From the NCBI RefSeq assembly GCF_022045235.1, contig NW_027266271.1, positions 29,512,001-29,576,000 on the forward strand: a stretch of DNA of 64,000 nt. The letters are read 5' to 3'. Source of the stretch: Haliotis cracherodii. Its lineage: Eukaryota. The notes under the pieces were generated by a model. That model had not been told where the DNA came from, did no database searches, and was given only the letters and a program-made list of their open reading frames with translations. Below are positions 61,074-64,000 of the stretch, piece by piece. Position 1 is the stretch's first letter. Each line of letters opens with the position of its first letter. The position numbers and the translations under genes were made by a program.

Positions 61074-61482
61074 ATGTCATATGTGGTGAAATGAATTTAC
61101 CCTTAAACGCTGCTTAACCTCAAATACACAAACAAATTACTTCCATAGAATTATGATAATAGTTTTATCAGGTCAAGCCTCATCGTTCGATTCGCAATTC
61201 TCCTAATGATGAAAAACGGGGTACTTTATAAGACGTCGATAGTTTTGATTGGACCTCTTGCACAAAGCGATCTTAATGCAAGTCAATGCTATCACAACTG
61301 TCTTAGTGCTATGATCGTATTGTGCAAGTGTGCATGGCGACACGGGCAGTTCAGCGGTGTAAGGCTGAGCAAGAGTTGCTTCCCTTATCTGGAGCAGAAT
61401 CTACTGATTGAGGGGTTGAATGCTGGATTCGTCATGGTTATGACAGTTAGTTCCTCTGTAACTGTTGCCTTTGTTCAACAGG

Positions 61483-61549
61483 ATGGCTACGACAACGACG
61501 GCGTTGCTGTGTCTGTGTGCTGTGACGCTGGTCGCCTCCATCGGTGTGG
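61483..61549 (+). CDS. First coding exon (signal peptide MATTTTALLCLCAVTLVASIGV) of a secreted protein, 3'-partial
   Basis: ttgttcaacAG acceptor just before ATG, hydrophobic core, TGG|GTAAGT phase-1 donor; no downstream exon recognised in the window. Confidence 0.65.
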
Positions 61550-61637
61550 GTAAGTATCGGGCACGTCGGGGGTGATGTAACTTAGCTCATCGTCTCCAGG
61601 GGTGTGTTCTCGGCCTGTCAGCACAATGTATTGTTGC

Positions 61638-61642
61638 ACGTG

Positions 61643-61682
<40 letters not shown>

Positions 61683-61700
61683 TGTGTGCGTGCGTGTGTG
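61638..61700. repeat. (GCGT)n microsatellite
   Basis: Direct inspection. Confidence 0.9.
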
Positions 61701-61846
61701 AGAACGGGCTGTAAATAATCCAGTTTTGACCAGGCAGCCCAGTGATTGATAGTGTGAGCAATGATCCACGCTGTTGAGGTAAGATGGCACCAATCAACCA
61801 AGTCACTGGATCTGACTACCCGATCCATTAAGTCGCCTCTTACGAC

Positions 61847-62002
61847 TGAGTGAATGAATATTGTTTTATAGCAATATTCCAGGAATATCACGGCGGGTGA
61901 CACCAGATATGGGCTCCACATATTGTACCCATGTCGGGAATCGAACCCGGATCATCGGCGTGACGAGCGAACGCTTTAACCACTAGGCTACCCGACTGCC
62001 CC
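61847..62002 (-). mobile_element. tRNA-derived SINE family A, inserted in or next to a family D element
   Basis: Aligns to the 60907-61073 copy. Confidence 0.85.
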
Positions 62003-62569
62003 TCACAGTTTACACCCCACGGTGTTTATCTCCCACACGTTAGGGGATTCCGGGTTTAATACAGTAGGTCCCAGCAACCCATGATGGTCGTAGGAGGTCA
62101 CTGCATGGATCTGGCACTCGTTGCCTTCAGTGAAAGGTCTCTTCGTTCCACGTCGGCGTGGGCCGCTGCTCATAATATCAACCACTGGTTTGTCTGTTCC
62201 GGACTTACGGTTGGTACATTATTACTGCGTGTGGCGAAAAATACATAAACAGTAGCCTGCCTTACTCGTACAGTAGGAATCCATGATGGTTTCATTAAAA
62301 CAATTAATTGATGCCAATAACATAAACTCAATGGAACAAAAAGGCAATATATATATTTGCAGTGGCCTTGTTAGTTTTCCCAAAATATGCACTTTCACTT
62401 TTTAGTTTGTAATTCATTTTACCAATTACTTATTGTTATAAAATCTCTTACTCTTTATTCCAGATATCATAAAATGATTTTCAGGCATCAAATATTTGTA
62501 GCTTTTAATGGCATCTAAACTTGGATTTCTGTGATTCGTGCAACTGTACACAGCTGTGAGAACTAGATA

Positions 62570-63988
62570 TAGAACGAGTCTGCTATTGTAAAATGAGTTT
62601 GCTATTGTAGAACGAGTCTGCTATTGTAAAGTGAGTTTGCTATTGTAGAACGAGTTTGCTATTGTAGAACGAGTCTGCTATTGTAAAGTGAGTTTGCTAT
62701 TGTAGAACGTGTCTGCTATTGAAGAATGAGTCTGCTATTGTAGAACGAGTCTGCTATTGTAGAACGAGTTTGCTATTGTAGAACGAGTTTGCTATTGTAG
62801 AATGAGTCTGCTATTGTAGAATGAGGCTGCCATTGTAGAATGAGTTTGCTATTGTAGAATGAGTTTGCTATTGTAGAATGAGTCTGCTATTTTAGAATGA
62901 CTCTGCTATTGAAGAATGAGGCTGCTATTGTAGAACGAGTCTGCTATTTTAGAATGACTCTGCTATTGAAGAATGAGGTTGCTATTGTAGAACGAGTCTG
63001 CTATTTTAGAATGACTCTGCTATTGAAGAATGAGGTTGCTATTGTAGAAGAGTTTGCTATTGGAGAATGAGTCTGCCATTGTAAAGTTAGTTTGCTATTG
63101 TAGAACGAGTCTGCTATTGTAGAATGAGGCTGATATTGTAGAATGAGGCTGCTATTGTAGAATGAGTCTGCTTTTGTAGAATGAGTCTGCTATTGTAGAA
63201 TGAGTCTGCTATTGAAGAGTGAGTCTGCTATTGTAGAATGAGTCTGCAATTGTAGAATGAGTCTGCTATTGTAGAACGAGTCTGCTATTGTAGAATGAGT
63301 CTGCTATTGAAGAGTGAGTTTGCTATTGTAGAACGAGTCTGCTATTGTAGAATGAGTCTACTATTCTAAAACGAGTTTGCTATTGTAGAACGAGTCTGCT
63401 ATTGTAAAGTGAGTTTGCCATTGTAGAACGAGTCTGCTATTGTAAAGTGAGTTTGCTATTGTAGAACGAGTTTGCTATTGTAGAACGAGTTTACTATTGT
63501 AGAATGAGTCTGCTATTGTAAAGTGAGTTTGCTATTGTAGAACGAGTTTGCTATTGAAGAATGAGTCTGCTATTGTAGAACGAGTCTGCTATTGTAGAAT
63601 GAGTTTGCTATTGTAGAACGAGTCTGCTATTGAAGAATGAGTCTGCTATTGTAGAACGAGTCTGCTATTGTAGAACGAGTTTGCTATTGTAGAATGAGTT
63701 TGCTATTTTAGAATGAGTTTGCTATTGAAGAATGAGGTTGCTATTGTAGAATGAGTTTGCTATTGTAGAATGAGTCTGCTATTGTAGAATGAGTCTGCTA
63801 TTGTAGAACGAGTTTGCTATTGAAGAATGAGTTTGCTATTGTAGAATGAGTCTGCTATTGTAGAACGAGTTTGCTATTGAAGAACGAGTTTGCTATTGTA
63901 GAATGTGTCTGCTATTGAAGAACGAGTTTGCTATTGTAGAATGAGTCTGCAATTGAAGAACGAGTTTGCTATTGTAGAACGAGTCTGC
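62570..63988. repeat. 19-bp minisatellite (TAGAAYGAGTYTGCTATTG)
   Basis: Direct inspection. Confidence 0.95.
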
Positions 63989-64000
63989 GGCAAAAACAAT

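Overview
Eukaryotic (metazoan) genomic DNA, repeat-rich and intron-rich. It is most likely molluscan, probably an abalone-like gastropod; this is an inference from the SINE families and the secreted C1qDC cluster. Bases 1-48550 (+) carry the 3' part (about 26 reconstructable exons) of a large WDR87/WDR97-like gene, recognised by the split motif PIIAPDG|YIPNSVIR and followed by a HEAT-like helical region; the WD40 part would lie upstream of the window. Its introns are filled with large minisatellites, several of which are built from copies of the gene's own splice junctions. They also hold a dead Tc1 transposon with two nested insertions, MITEs, a Helentron-type element and several SINE families. 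Bases 51331-60489 (-) hold three tandem two-exon secreted globular-head C1q-domain genes with identical architecture. A divergently oriented signal-peptide exon of another secreted gene starts at 61483 (+). Nearly all long ORFs in the supplied track are read-throughs of tandem repeats. No prokaryotic systems or CRISPR arrays are present.
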